Shown here: positions 9,886 through 19,676 of the stretch, piece by piece
Layout of the letters: every line of letters begins with the position of its first letter
Numbering within the stretch: position 1 is the stretch's first letter
Origin: Candidatus Pacearchaeota archaeon
GTDB taxonomy: Archaea > Nanobdellota > Nanobdellia > Pacearchaeales > GW2011-AR1
DNA length: 64,000 nucleotides
Direction: 5' to 3'
Assembly (NCBI GenBank): GCA_023144035.1
Contig: JAGLGM010000001.1
Coordinates: forward strand, 1,091-65,090
The notes under the pieces: generated by a model
Database searches by the model: none
Told to the model about the DNA's origin: nothing
Seen by the model: the letters and a program-made list of their open reading frames with translations, nothing else
Made by a program: the position numbers and the translations under genes

Positions 9886-11094
9886 TTTAATCTTAACTTC
9901 TTTATTCATTTTGAATCCTTCTTCAAGAACTTTTTTTAACAACTCTTTTACTTGATCTAAATCTTCTTTTTGTCTTTCCATTCTCTGTCCAACAAGTTTT
10001 TCTCTTTGTTTACTTTCTTCTAATTCATCTTTAACATCTTCAAGATTGTTATTATAATGAACTTTTTTAGCCCTTTTACGATTAATTGCAAGATAATTTA
10101 TATAAGATTCTAACCATTTGCTTTGAGGGGAATGTCCAAGTCTAAGATTTATGTCTTCAACATGCCATCCTTGAGAAAATAAATAACAGGCCATACCAGA
10201 TCTCAAATCTTTCCAAGAAGGTTTCTCTCCTTCGGGTTCACATTTAACTCCTGCTCTTTTAACAACACTATCAAATATTTGCAAAGCTTGTCTGTATTTA
10301 AAACTAAAAATAAAATCATCTTCTTTAAAGGGTACTGCTTTTCTTCTAATCATTCCTTTTTCATCCCTATATTCTGTTTCTTTTCCATATTTAAAAAGTG
10401 CATCTAAAAATCTTAATGTTTCAGGATAAATAGTTGGTTCGCTTCTTGTTTGTCTACTTCTTTTTAGATTTTCTTTAGGAAGATAAACTAAATATTCTTC
10501 TTGTTTTGTATCTCTATTTAATTGTCTCTTAAAATGTTTAACTCTCAATTCTAAAAGAGCAGTAATATTTTCACCAAGATCCCAAGCTAACCAAAATAAA
10601 GCATAATGTTGTGGCTTATGAAGAAAGTTTAACATTCTTTTGAATCCTTCTTCATTAATAAACCGAACTTGTTTTTTTCTTTTATCTGTGAAAAACTCTA
10701 AAGCATTTTCTACAACATCACTTAATCCTGCAAGTTTAAATGGTTTGGACTTGAAGACTTTATTATAATAACCTCTTCTATCTTCAAATCTCCTTCCAGA
10801 ACGATTTTTAATTTTACCATCTTCTAAATCATTATAGACTTGTTTAATTTCTTTTTCAGTTAATTTATTCCAGGCTTTATTTTTAAACCAATTATTCACA
10901 TTTCTAAATTTATTGATATAACCATAAAGAGTTTTATATGAAGACTCATCAATCTTAGGGAGACCATTTTGCCTTTTTAGTTTCTCTTCTTCCCATGCAA
11001 AAAATTTGTTAAACAAATCACGATTATATTTTATAATAGAATTATCTTCTAAAAGAGCTTTTTTTGTTTTCTTATATCTATCTTCAAAACTCAT
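9877..11094 (-). CDS. Tyrosine recombinase/integrase with non-canonical first motif
   Basis: KDLRSG, LGHS and YINY motifs; the usual TGxR box reads LGEN; adjacent to tRNA; ATG at 11094. Confidence 0.8.
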   Translation of the reverse strand: MSFEDRYKKTKKALLEDNSIIKYNRDLFNKFFAWEEEKLKRQNGLPKIDESSYKTLYGYINKFRNVNNWFKNKAWNKLTEKEIKQVYNDLEDGKIKNRSGRRFEDRRGYYNKVFKSKPFKLAGLSDVVENALEFFTDKRKKQVRFINEEGFKRMLNFLHKPQHYALFWLAWDLGENITALLELRVKHFKRQLNRDTKQEEYLVYLPKENLKRSRQTRSEPTIYPETLRFLDALFKYGKETEYRDEKGMIRRKAVPFKEDDFIFSFKYRQALQIFDSVVKRAGVKCEPEGEKPSWKDLRSGMACYLFSQGWHVEDINLRLGHSPQSKWLESYINYLAINRKRAKKVHYNNNLEDVKDELEESKQREKLVGQRMERQKEDLDQVKELLKKVLEEGFKMNKEVKIKLE

Positions 11095-11151
11095 AAAATC
11101 ACTACACAAAAGGTATTTTTAAACTCTCCTATTGTGCAGTGTCTTACGCCA

Positions 11152-11223
11152 CGCCCACGCCGGGAATCGAACCCGGGTTGCATCCGCGACAGGGATGAGT
11201 CATAGCCGTTAGACCACGTAGGC
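11152..11223 (-). tRNA. tRNA-Asp(GTC), CCA not encoded
   Basis: Acceptor GCCTACG/CGTGGGC, anticodon arm CATCC-CTGTCGC-GGATG, T-loop GTTCGATTC, discriminator G. Confidence 0.95.
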
Positions 11224-11278
11224 TTGTTTTCTTTGCTTAAGTGGTGTCAGCCAAAATCTCATAAAGATGTTCTGAGCA

Positions 11279-11291
11279 AGACCACGTAGGC
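11279..11291 (-). repeat. Exact 13-nt duplicate of the tRNA-Asp 5' end, 55 nt upstream of the tRNA
   Basis: AGACCACGTAGGC at 11211-11223 and 11279-11291. Confidence 0.85.
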
Positions 11292-11345
11292 ACAATGATA
11301 ATTATCTATATAAGAATTAATTTTTAAACCTTACTATCAATTTAC

Positions 11346-11600
11346 TTAAATAAAAACTAAGTAAAAGTTTTCTCTTTTTCCAATTTTTGTCACTAAAAAT
11401 ACTTCTTTTACTTTTTGCAATTGAATTCTATAATTTCCTGTTCTTATTCTGAACTCCTGATTTTTATTTTTTAATTTTATTACATCTACTTTTCCACCTT
11501 CTTTAAATTTTCTTAATGTAAAAAGAATTTTCTGTTGTATTCTAGCATTTAATTTTTCCAATTGTTTTTTCGAATTCTTAGAAAATTCTATGTTAACCAT
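11346..11600 (-). CDS. RelE/ParE family toxin
   Basis: IEFSKNSKKQL...FRIRTGNYRI...IGKRENFY. Confidence 0.85.
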   Translation of the reverse strand: MVNIEFSKNSKKQLEKLNARIQQKILFTLRKFKEGGKVDVIKLKNKNQEFRIRTGNYRIQLQKVKEVFLVTKIGKRENFYLVFI

Positions 11601-11836
11601 TAGAAACCAAGTTCTTTTTCAACTTCTTCAAGAGTAAAAGTCTCTCCCCTTTCAAATTCTTTTCTTGAAATTTCCATATCTTTTTTTGCCTCTTTTGATA
11701 ATTCTAAATGAGGTTCAATAAAATCCCAAAGAATATCTTCATAACTATCTCCTTCTTCTTTAAATTTCTTTAAAGCATTTAATAAATCAGAACTAATTCT
11801 AATTGATGTTTGATTTTGCATATTATATGTATGCAT
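11600..11836 (-). CDS. Antitoxin (RHH-like) paired with RelE
   Basis: TSIRIS...SYEDILW...GETFTLEEVEKELGF; overlaps the toxin start. Confidence 0.75.
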   Translation of the reverse strand: MHTYNMQNQTSIRISSDLLNALKKFKEEGDSYEDILWDFIEPHLELSKEAKKDMEISRKEFERGETFTLEEVEKELGF

Positions 11837-11932
11837 GAAGTATATTTAAACTTTACTGATTACCTTTAGAACTTCTTAATTTTTGTTTCATATAAAAAAT
11901 AAAATAAAAAAATATATTTTTTGTCTAAATTA

Positions 11933-12442
11933 TTACAATTTATTATAAATCCATGCAAATAACCATGTTGCTATAAATCCGTCAATAAATGAATAAATTG
12001 CTCCAAGAAATGCTCCAAATATACTGATTTTATATCCTAAGAAACCATAGATTTGAACTAAAAAACCAGAATAACTAGACGCATAATTTGGCCAAATTAT
12101 TGCACAAATAGTTAAAATAAATGCACATAAAGCTGTTAAAATTCCTCCAGCTAATCCGAATTTCAAAGTATTTAATTTTCCAAGTTTTGTCATTTTATTT
12201 ACCTCCTTTTCCACCATTTTGATTAAACTGTAAATAATACAAATCATAAGATAGATACGAATCACAAACAAAATAATAAGAAACAAAAGAAATTCATTTC
12301 CTATAAACACTCCTTCAAAATTTCTCATGAAACTATAAATAGAATTACGTAAAAGTATTGAGATTATCCACAAAATAATTATTTTTAAAATTCTTTTTTT
12401 ACCTACTAAAAACCAATTATCAAGTCTTTCTTTTTTAATCAT
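11933..12442 (-). CDS. Membrane protein; apparent fusion of a paralog of 12439..12948 with a holin-like small membrane protein
   Basis: LDNWFL...YSLIKM matches the neighbour; internal GGAGGT plus ATG before MTKLGKLN...FGLAGG. Confidence 0.5.
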   Translation of the reverse strand: MIKKERLDNWFLVGKKRILKIIILWIISILLRNSIYSFMRNFEGVFIGNEFLLFLIILFVIRIYLMICIIYSLIKMVEKEVNKMTKLGKLNTLKFGLAGGILTALCAFILTICAIIWPNYASSYSGFLVQIYGFLGYKISIFGAFLGAIYSFIDGFIATWLFAWIYNKL

Positions 12443-12948
12443 TTTAATTTCTTTTTTATTAATTTGATTAAACTATAAAATACTAATGTGCATGCAATAA
12501 ATATCCCAGTTAACATAAATCCCATTTCAGAATTAATAATGTTAAATTTTATTATAAGTACAATTACAGCAACTCCTAAAATAAATGAAATAATCATTCT
12601 TGTAACAAACTTTGATTCAAACAAAGTCTTATTCTTTATCATTTTAATTAAAGTATAAATAAAACAAACTATAAAATAAATAGGAATTATAATAACAGCT
12701 ATGATAAAAAAGAAAGGTTCATCTCCCCCTGTTGAATCAAAATAATTTTTAAAAATTGCATAAAAAAGATTATGTAATACTATTGCTAAAAACCACCCTA
12801 CAATAATTATCCAAGCTTTTTTCCAAGTTAATAAAAACCAATTATCAAGCTTCTTCTTTTTTTGTTTATTTTTCATTTTTATTAATATAATCTCTAAAAT
12901 TAATAACCTATCCTTTAAATTTTGATTTTCTTGTTTTCCGTGTAGCAA
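12439..12948 (-). CDS. Hypothetical multi-pass membrane protein
   Basis: Four hydrophobic segments; true start probably MKNKQK. Confidence 0.55.
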   Translation of the reverse strand: MLHGKQENQNLKDRLLILEIILIKMKNKQKKKKLDNWFLLTWKKAWIIIVGWFLAIVLHNLFYAIFKNYFDSTGGDEPFFFIIAVIIIPIYFIVCFIYTLIKMIKNKTLFESKFVTRMIISFILGVAVIVLIIKFNIINSEMGFMLTGIFIACTLVFYSLIKLIKKKLK

Positions 12949-13077
12949 TTCTAACTAATCTTTTCCAATTTTTGTAAGCACCTTTATTAAATTCTTTTAA
13001 AAGATCAATATGAGCCACATAATTTTTTAAAGGAAAATTTTTTGAATTAGGTAATGCAGATAATGATTTTTCTAAAT

Positions 13078-13395
13078 TCATTTTTTTTTAGAACTTATTT
13101 TATAATTATCTTTTATATATTGTACTCTATATTTTTCTGCTAAGGGAAATTTTTTAATCTCATTATCTGCCTCTATATTTTCTGGAACAGATTCTAAATT
13201 TATTGTTTTTCCATTAACATTAATTTCAGTAATTCCTCCCTCACTTTTCTTTTTAAAATATTTTCTAAAAGGACTATATAAATTCTCAAAAAATTCTTTA
13301 ACTCCAACTTTCCGAGCTATTTTTTCTAACCCTCTATCAATTTTGCTCATAGGTATTAACCTTCTAAGATAAATATACTCATTTCCATCAGACAT
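13078..13395 (-). CDS. Hypothetical protein
   Basis: Starts immediately after the serS stop. Confidence 0.45.
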   Translation of the reverse strand: MSDGNEYIYLRRLIPMSKIDRGLEKIARKVGVKEFFENLYSPFRKYFKKKSEGGITEINVNGKTINLESVPENIEADNEIKKFPLAEKYRVQYIKDNYKISSKKK

Positions 13396-13396
13396 T

Positions 13397-14686
13397 TTAT
13401 TTTTTATTTACCTCTTTTTTAATAACTTTTTTTCCACCCATATATTTCCATAACACCTTAGGTATCTTTATACTTCCGTCTTTTTGTTGATTATTTTCCA
13501 TTATAGCAACTATTGCTCTAGAAGTTGCAATAACAGTATTATTCAAAGTATGAGCATAATATCTCTTTCCTTTATCTTCAATTTTAATATTTAATCTTCT
13601 TGCTTGAGCTTCTTCCATATTTGTTAATGAAGTTATTTCAAAATATTTTTTCTGTCTTGGACTCCAAGCCTCTAAATCACATGATTTTGTTTTTAAATCT
13701 GCTAAATCACCTGAACAACATTCTAAAACTCTAACAGGAATCTCTAATACTTTAAATAAATCCAATGAAAACTTTAACATTTTATCATACCATTTATAAG
13801 AATCTTCTGGCTCACAAACCACAACCATTTCTTGTTTATTGAATTGATGTGTTCTATAAATTCCTTTTTCATCAATTCCATGAGAACCAATTTCTTTCCT
13901 AAAACACATACTATATGCAGTTTGTTTAATTGGAAGTTCTTTTTTCTTAACTACTTTATTTATGAATTGACCTATTAAAGGATGTTCAGATGTTGCAATT
14001 AAATACAAATCTTCTCCGTCAACTTTGTAAGCCATTTGTTTAATTTCTGCATGAGAATAAACTCCGCTTAAAATTTCTTTTCGAATCATTAATGGAGGTT
14101 CCACATATTCAAAATCTTGTTTAACCATAAAATCTCTTGCAAAGTTTATCAAAGCCATATTCAATAAAGCTAAATCTCCTTTAAGAAAATAAAATCCTTT
14201 TCCAGAAGTTTTTGTAGAAGTGTCAAAATCAAGCATTCCTAAAGATTCACCAAGTTCAACATGACTTTTTACAGAAAAACTAAATTTCTTTGATTTACCA
14301 ATTTTTTTAATTTCTTTATTTTCTTTATCAGATTTTCCAATAGGAACACTTTTATGAATTATATTTGGAATCTTAAACATAATTTCTTTAATTTCTTTTT
14401 CAAGTTTTTTCCTTTTTTCTTGAGATTTTTCAATTTTTTTTGGAATTTCTTTAGCTTTTTTAATTAAAGTAGAAGCATCTTTCTTATTTTTCTTAGCTTG
14501 ATTAATTTCTTTAGAAATCTTATTCCTTTCACTTCGCAATCCATCTTCATTATATTTTAATTTCCTCCATTCTTCATCTAATTTCTTAATCTTATCTACA
14601 AGAGGAAGTTTTTCATTTTGATGTTTCTTTTTTATATTTTCCTTAACTAATTCTGGATTTTCCCTGATAAGTTTCATATCAATCAT
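13397..14686 (-). CDS. serS: Serine--tRNA ligase
   Basis: N-terminal coiled arm, LIATSEHP, FRKEIG...HQFNKQE, HTLNNT...R. Confidence 0.97.
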   Translation of the reverse strand: MIDMKLIRENPELVKENIKKKHQNEKLPLVDKIKKLDEEWRKLKYNEDGLRSERNKISKEINQAKKNKKDASTLIKKAKEIPKKIEKSQEKRKKLEKEIKEIMFKIPNIIHKSVPIGKSDKENKEIKKIGKSKKFSFSVKSHVELGESLGMLDFDTSTKTSGKGFYFLKGDLALLNMALINFARDFMVKQDFEYVEPPLMIRKEILSGVYSHAEIKQMAYKVDGEDLYLIATSEHPLIGQFINKVVKKKELPIKQTAYSMCFRKEIGSHGIDEKGIYRTHQFNKQEMVVVCEPEDSYKWYDKMLKFSLDLFKVLEIPVRVLECCSGDLADLKTKSCDLEAWSPRQKKYFEITSLTNMEEAQARRLNIKIEDKGKRYYAHTLNNTVIATSRAIVAIMENNQQKDGSIKIPKVLWKYMGGKKVIKKEVNKK

Positions 14687-14770
14687 ATTTCAATTAAAGA
14701 AATATTATATTTAAATCTTCTCCAAACCTTTAAAAATATCAATTACCCTATAATTCTATTGAGGTGAACA

Positions 14771-15424
14771 ATGACTCTTACAACAGAAATTACAGAAGCT
14801 TATAATTTATTCATAGCATCTTTACCACAGTGGGCACAAAGTTTTATTTCATTCTTTTTATTAGCTATTTTAATTTTAATTTATGCTATTTTTATTTGGA
14901 AATTTTATAGGTGGATTTCAACTAAAAATCTTTTAGAATTAAATCTTAATAAATACAACAAATCGCAACACCCTGCAACCTCAAAAATGCTCGCAGGTAT
15001 CTTTTACCTATTAGAATATATTATAATTTTACCATTTTTAATTTTCTTTTGGTTTTTAATATTTACAATATTTTTATTAGTATTAACTGAAGGTTTACCT
15101 GTAGGAACTTTATTAATTATCTCTGCAACAATTATCGCTGCAATTAGAATGACTGCTTATTATAATGAAGATTTGTCAAAAGATCTTGCAAAACTAGTTC
15201 CCTTTACATTATTAGGAGTTTCAATAATTAATCCTGATTTCTTTAATATAGGTAGAATAATTTCTCAAGTAAGTGAAATACCTCAATTTATTACACATAT
15301 AGCTTTCTACCTTATTTTTATAGTTGGTTTAGAAATTGTATTAAGAATTTTTGAATTTGCATTTTCAATATTTAATTTATCAGATGAAGAAATAAAACCT
15401 CAAGTAGAACAAACAACACAATAA
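14771..15424 (+). CDS. Conserved hypothetical membrane protein
   Basis: About five TM segments; AAIRMTAYYNEDLSKDLAK. Confidence 0.6.
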   Translation: MTLTTEITEAYNLFIASLPQWAQSFISFFLLAILILIYAIFIWKFYRWISTKNLLELNLNKYNKSQHPATSKMLAGIFYLLEYIIILPFLIFFWFLIFTIFLLVLTEGLPVGTLLIISATIIAAIRMTAYYNEDLSKDLAKLVPFTLLGVSIINPDFFNIGRIISQVSEIPQFITHIAFYLIFIVGLEIVLRIFEFAFSIFNLSDEEIKPQVEQTTQ

Positions 15425-15516
15425 TTAATTTTTAAAGTCTTAACCCTATCTGGGAGTTGACTAGTTTAGGCATTTACTAAGAGGAGTAGAGATTTATGCA
15501 TCGATTATGCCATAAA

Positions 15517-16023
15517 TTACTTTTTAGAGTATTTATCTGGTCTCTGGAAAGAGTGATGAAAATTCAATTTAATAGATGAATGATACGGCTTATTATTTAG
15601 AATAATCTTGCCTTCTCTGTTCATATTGTAAGATTGTACAATTCCACCAAGAGTTTCTGATTGCCCAGAGCCAGACCAATTCAATTGTATAATCCCTTTC
15701 TCATAAATAGACTTGATTTGGAGATCCACTTCATTTCGGGACAGAAGTTGACCCATATCAATTTTATTGTCTATTATCTTCCAAAAAAGCCTATCTTCGG
15801 GAGCATATTTTCCAGTAATCTTTCTACTTCTTACAGAAAAACTTAGTTCTGAACCCAAATCATGGCTCGCTTGCCTGTACCAATGATTAAAGTTATTCAT
15901 TATGTCATTGTATACCCCTACAACTTCCTGAGTATATCCTATTTCTTCTGGATTTTTGAATAGTTTTGCCTCAGGAAATAACTCCTCAAGTGTAAACTTT
16001 CTTTGTTTATTTTTAATTGTCAT
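15517..16023 (-). CDS. Hypothetical protein
   Basis: 168-aa ATG ORF with TTTAAA box upstream. Confidence 0.5.
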   Translation of the reverse strand: MTIKNKQRKFTLEELFPEAKLFKNPEEIGYTQEVVGVYNDIMNNFNHWYRQASHDLGSELSFSVRSRKITGKYAPEDRLFWKIIDNKIDMGQLLSRNEVDLQIKSIYEKGIIQLNWSGSGQSETLGGIVQSYNMNREGKIILNNKPYHSSIKLNFHHSFQRPDKYSKK

Positions 16024-16108
16024 AATTTAGTTATAGGTTTGTACTATTTAAATACTACTCTCCCCCTTCAGGAGAACATTTATATACTTTCAAATATATA
16101 AAGAATTA

Positions 16109-16846
16109 ATGATTCGTGAAAAATTACAAAAAGTAGGATTTACTATTGGAGAAAGTGAAATTTATGAGTTACTTGTAGAATCTGGAGAAACAAAAGCAGG
16201 AACATTAATTAAACAAGCAAACATCACTAGTTCAAAGGTTTACAATGTTCTACAAAGATTAATTTATAAAGGATTAGTAAGCTTCGTTGAAAAAGAAGGA
16301 ATTAAATATTATCAAGCAACACCTCCTGAACGCCTTAATGATTTTCTTGAAGAAAAAAAGATTGAAATTACAGAAACACAAGATGAGATGAATAAAATAA
16401 TTAATTTAATTGAACAAAAAAACAAAGATACGAAAGAAAAAAATACAGTTAGAATGTATTTAGGTAAACAAGGACCAAAAATTGTCCTTAAAGAATTAGC
16501 AGAAGCAAGCGTAGAAGAAAAATACAATTATGGTTATGGAACTCAAGATAACCCTTTTCTTGAAATGTTTCCTCATGATATGAAGGAATTTTTTGAAGCA
16601 GAAAAGAAATACAAATTAAAAACACAAATATTATTTGCCAAAGGAAAAAAACAAAAACAACCAAACGCAGATATTAGATATATCTCTTCTGAATTTATAA
16701 CTCCTGTAAGAACAATGATTGCAGGAAATAAGTTATTCATGATTGATTTCACAGATAAAATAACTTCAATTATTATTGAAAATAAATCTATTGCACAAAG
16801 TTATAAAGAACACTTTAGATTGTTATGGAAAATAGCTAAGAAATAA
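16109..16846 (+). CDS. TrmB family transcriptional regulator
   Basis: N-terminal wHTH (ESEIYELL...SKVYNVLQRLIYKGLV) and PLD-like C-terminal domain. Confidence 0.85.
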   Translation: MIREKLQKVGFTIGESEIYELLVESGETKAGTLIKQANITSSKVYNVLQRLIYKGLVSFVEKEGIKYYQATPPERLNDFLEEKKIEITETQDEMNKIINLIEQKNKDTKEKNTVRMYLGKQGPKIVLKELAEASVEEKYNYGYGTQDNPFLEMFPHDMKEFFEAEKKYKLKTQILFAKGKKQKQPNADIRYISSEFITPVRTMIAGNKLFMIDFTDKITSIIIENKSIAQSYKEHFRLLWKIAKK

Positions 16847-16873
16847 CTCCCGCTCCGAGCGTTAAAAAAATAA

Positions 16874-18580
16874 TTAATTTCTCTCAACTTCAGGATGTTC
16901 ATGTCCTTTTTTTGCAATTTCTTTTAATGTTTTAATATGCTTTTCTTTTTCTAATTTATATTCACTTCTATTTATTTTCAAATCTTTAAGCATCTTTGCA
17001 ACATATTCTCCTCCTAAAAAATGAGGAGTTAAAACATAATTTGCCCCCTCCTTATATAAATCCAATGCATCCTTAATTGTATGTGCTCTCACAATAATAA
17101 CTGCTTTATTATTAACTGCTCTTACGTTTTCTATTAAAAGTGCATTTGTTTCAAAATCAGGAATTGTTGAAACAGCCATTTTTATTTTGCTTAATTCTAA
17201 TGTTTTTAAAAATTCTGTATCATCTACATCTCCATATATACAAGGAATATTAAACTTCTGTAAATCAGAAACAGTACTAGGATTAAAATCAACAACAAGA
17301 TATTTTTCTTTTATTTTCTTAAATGATTTTAAAATACTAAATCCAATTCTATTATACCCAAATAAAACAGAATCATATTTTAGCTTAATTTCCTTTTCTT
17401 TCCTAACTTTTTTTCTCTCAAATATAGAAAGATATTTAGAAAAATAAGGATAAATTTTATCAGAATATAACATAAGATATGTAGAACCTGAGATAGTTAT
17501 CAAACCTACAATTGTAACAAGAGATAATATTTCCTGAGTCAAGTGACCTACACTAACTCCTAAAGCTATAAGGATTAAAGAAAATTCACTTATTTGAGCT
17601 ACTGTAAACCCTGCCTGAAACCCTGTCCTTTTTTTGTAACCAAGTAAGCCCATTAAAGTCATAACAATAAGAGGATTTCCAATAAGAATAAACAATGAAA
17701 GAAAAATTGCAGGAACTATTAATTGACCCATATTTCCAAAAACCATTTGTGATCCAAGAAGTATAAAAAATAAAATAATAAAAAAGTCTCTTAAAGGTCT
17801 CATCTTTGAACTAACTTCATAATGATATGGTGAAATTGAAAGTGTAATACCTGCTATTAAAGCACCAATTTCCATTGAAAATCCAATGTAATGAAATAAT
17901 GCAGCTAAACCTAATCCCCATCCAATTGAAAATAAAAATAAAAGTTCTTGAGATTTCGCAAAGAATTTAGATAAACGAGGTAAAAGATAAATTACTATTA
18001 ATACAAAAATTCCAATTGCTACAACTCCAAAAATAGCAGTTTCTAATGTTAAACTAATCTTATTTAATTTACCTGAAAAAGAAGAAATTACCATTAAAAG
18101 AATTATGACAAAAACATCTTGAACTAATAAAAAACCAATTGAAATCTTTCCATACAATTTCTCTAAATCATTTTTATCAGATAATAATTTCATAATTATA
18201 ATTGTACTACTAAATGCAAGAGCCAAAGAAATATATAGAGAAACAATTGTTGAAAAACCTAATAAAAATTTACTTATAAAAAAACCAATCAAAGATGTAA
18301 AAGTAATCTGACCAATTCCAGTTATTAAAGAAACTTTACCAACCTCTTTTATAACTTTAGGACTTAAACTTAAACCAACAATAAAAAGAAGAAACGCTAC
18401 ACCTATTTGTGCAAACACTGAAATTGTTTCTGTTGACTTAACAATATTAAGAAAATAAGGACTCACAATTATACCAGTTAAAATATATCCTATAATTAAA
18501 GGTTGTTTTAATAATCTCATTAAACCTGCGATTAAAACAGCTATTACAATAATTAAACTCAATTCTATAAATACTTCCAT
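16874..18580 (-). CDS. Cation:proton antiporter (CPA2/Kef-type) with TrkA-N domain
   Basis: FSSTII, QISEFS, many TM segments; GYNRIG Rossmann-type C-terminal domain. Confidence 0.9.
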   Translation of the reverse strand: MEVFIELSLIIVIAVLIAGLMRLLKQPLIIGYILTGIIVSPYFLNIVKSTETISVFAQIGVAFLLFIVGLSLSPKVIKEVGKVSLITGIGQITFTSLIGFFISKFLLGFSTIVSLYISLALAFSSTIIIMKLLSDKNDLEKLYGKISIGFLLVQDVFVIILLMVISSFSGKLNKISLTLETAIFGVVAIGIFVLIVIYLLPRLSKFFAKSQELLFLFSIGWGLGLAALFHYIGFSMEIGALIAGITLSISPYHYEVSSKMRPLRDFFIILFFILLGSQMVFGNMGQLIVPAIFLSLFILIGNPLIVMTLMGLLGYKKRTGFQAGFTVAQISEFSLILIALGVSVGHLTQEILSLVTIVGLITISGSTYLMLYSDKIYPYFSKYLSIFERKKVRKEKEIKLKYDSVLFGYNRIGFSILKSFKKIKEKYLVVDFNPSTVSDLQKFNIPCIYGDVDDTEFLKTLELSKIKMAVSTIPDFETNALLIENVRAVNNKAVIIVRAHTIKDALDLYKEGANYVLTPHFLGGEYVAKMLKDLKINRSEYKLEKEKHIKTLKEIAKKGHEHPEVERN

Positions 18581-18637
18581 AAATTACATCCTCTTATGTT
18601 GTAAAAAAGAGAAATATAGTATAAAAATGTTTTGAGG

Positions 18638-18829
18638 TTAAGGAGCCTTCTTTTTATAATCAAGATAAATCTGGCATTCAGGATAATCTGTACAAACACA
18701 ACTTAAATATTTTTTTTCTTTATTAGAAGAATCTTCATTTTTTGATCTTAAAAGACACACACGTTTATCAAAAAAAAAGGCTATAAAAGGACAATTCTCA
18801 TTTACTTTATCATCTAATTTAAGATTCAT
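18638..18829 (-). CDS. Small Cys-rich hypothetical protein
   Basis: Five cysteines in 63 aa; TATA-like box upstream. Confidence 0.4.
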   Translation of the reverse strand: MNLKLDDKVNENCPFIAFFFDKRVCLLRSKNEDSSNKEKKYLSCVCTDYPECQIYLDYKKKAP

Positions 18830-18911
18830 ATCTTATTTATCTTCTTTATATTTATAATTATTTGGATACAATAAACAATAAGTTTTTAAACTATTTTTCA
18901 AACTTTATCAT

Positions 18912-19220
18912 ATGCCAAAAGTAAGAATCAAATTAAATAGTACAGATATAAATATGCTTAATGATGTTTGTAATTCTATTAAAGATATTTCAAAAAAAGT
19001 AGGAATAACTATGAGTGGGCCTGTTCCTCTCCCTACAAAAAAACTTAAAATAACTACAAGAAAATCACCTTGTGGAGACGGTACTGCAACTTTTGATAGA
19101 TTTGAAATGAGAATTCATAAAAGATTAATCGACCTTCCAGCAAATGAAAAAGTACTTCACCACATTATGAGAATGCAAATTCCAAAACCTGTTAATATAA
19201 AAATAGAAATGAAAGATTAA
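18912..19220 (+). CDS. rps10: 30S ribosomal protein S10 (uS10)
   Basis: GPVPLPTK...RKSPCGDG...MRIHKRLID. Confidence 0.97.
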   Translation: MPKVRIKLNSTDINMLNDVCNSIKDISKKVGITMSGPVPLPTKKLKITTRKSPCGDGTATFDRFEMRIHKRLIDLPANEKVLHHIMRMQIPKPVNIKIEMKD

Positions 19221-19265
19221 TTTTAATCACAATAATATTTTTTAATTCTAAAAACAATTAATTTT

Positions 19266-19634
19266 ATGCCATATACTAATCGTGCACTTGAATTTATTTT
19301 AAAAGAAGCTAAAAAGCATGGACAAGAAGGATGGTATGTTGATATTTTTGATGATGTTACAGATTTAGGTGAATTTGATATTTATGAAGCATTAGACACT
19401 TTCGATGAAGCTCATATAGATTTTCCATGTGTAAAATGTGAAAAACTTTTTGATGTTGAATATCTTAACCCACATGAACCTTATTTAAACCATTGTAGTA
19501 AATGTATTGAAGAAGAGGAACAAGAAAAAGGATTACAGAAATATTTTAACTCACTAAGAGAAAAAGGATTATTAGAAGAACACAGTGAATGGATAATAAA
19601 ATTATATCCTGAATTTCAAAAATATCTTAATTAA
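19266..19634 (+). CDS. Hypothetical Zn-finger protein
   Basis: CVKC...CSKC. Confidence 0.5.
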   Translation: MPYTNRALEFILKEAKKHGQEGWYVDIFDDVTDLGEFDIYEALDTFDEAHIDFPCVKCEKLFDVEYLNPHEPYLNHCSKCIEEEEQEKGLQKYFNSLREKGLLEEHSEWIIKLYPEFQKYLN

Positions 19635-19676
19635 TTATAATAAACATTTAAAAAACTCTTTTAATTTATAACACAC

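Larger units (their letters stand above)
1..11151. mobile_element. Integrative element (provirus/plasmid-like) adjacent to the 3' end of tRNA-Asp; distal att site not in window
   Basis: Tyrosine integrase directly downstream of the tRNA, followed by RHH regulator, Rep/helicase-like gene, resolvase and nuclease cargo; no housekeeping genes. Confidence 0.75.

Noticed and set aside
1-11151. Second att copy of the tRNA-Asp 3' end
   Set aside because: Not seen by eye within the window; the element boundary probably lies beyond position 1.
11224-11278. C/D box sRNA
   Set aside because: CTGA is present but there is no convincing RTGATGA box C at suitable spacing on either strand.
15440-15516. GC-richer intergenic stretch with a TTTATG.CAT/ATGCATAAA hairpin resembling the linker end GCATAAA
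   Set aside because: No flanking gene-end duplication or TAGACG motif found; could be a terminator between convergent genes.
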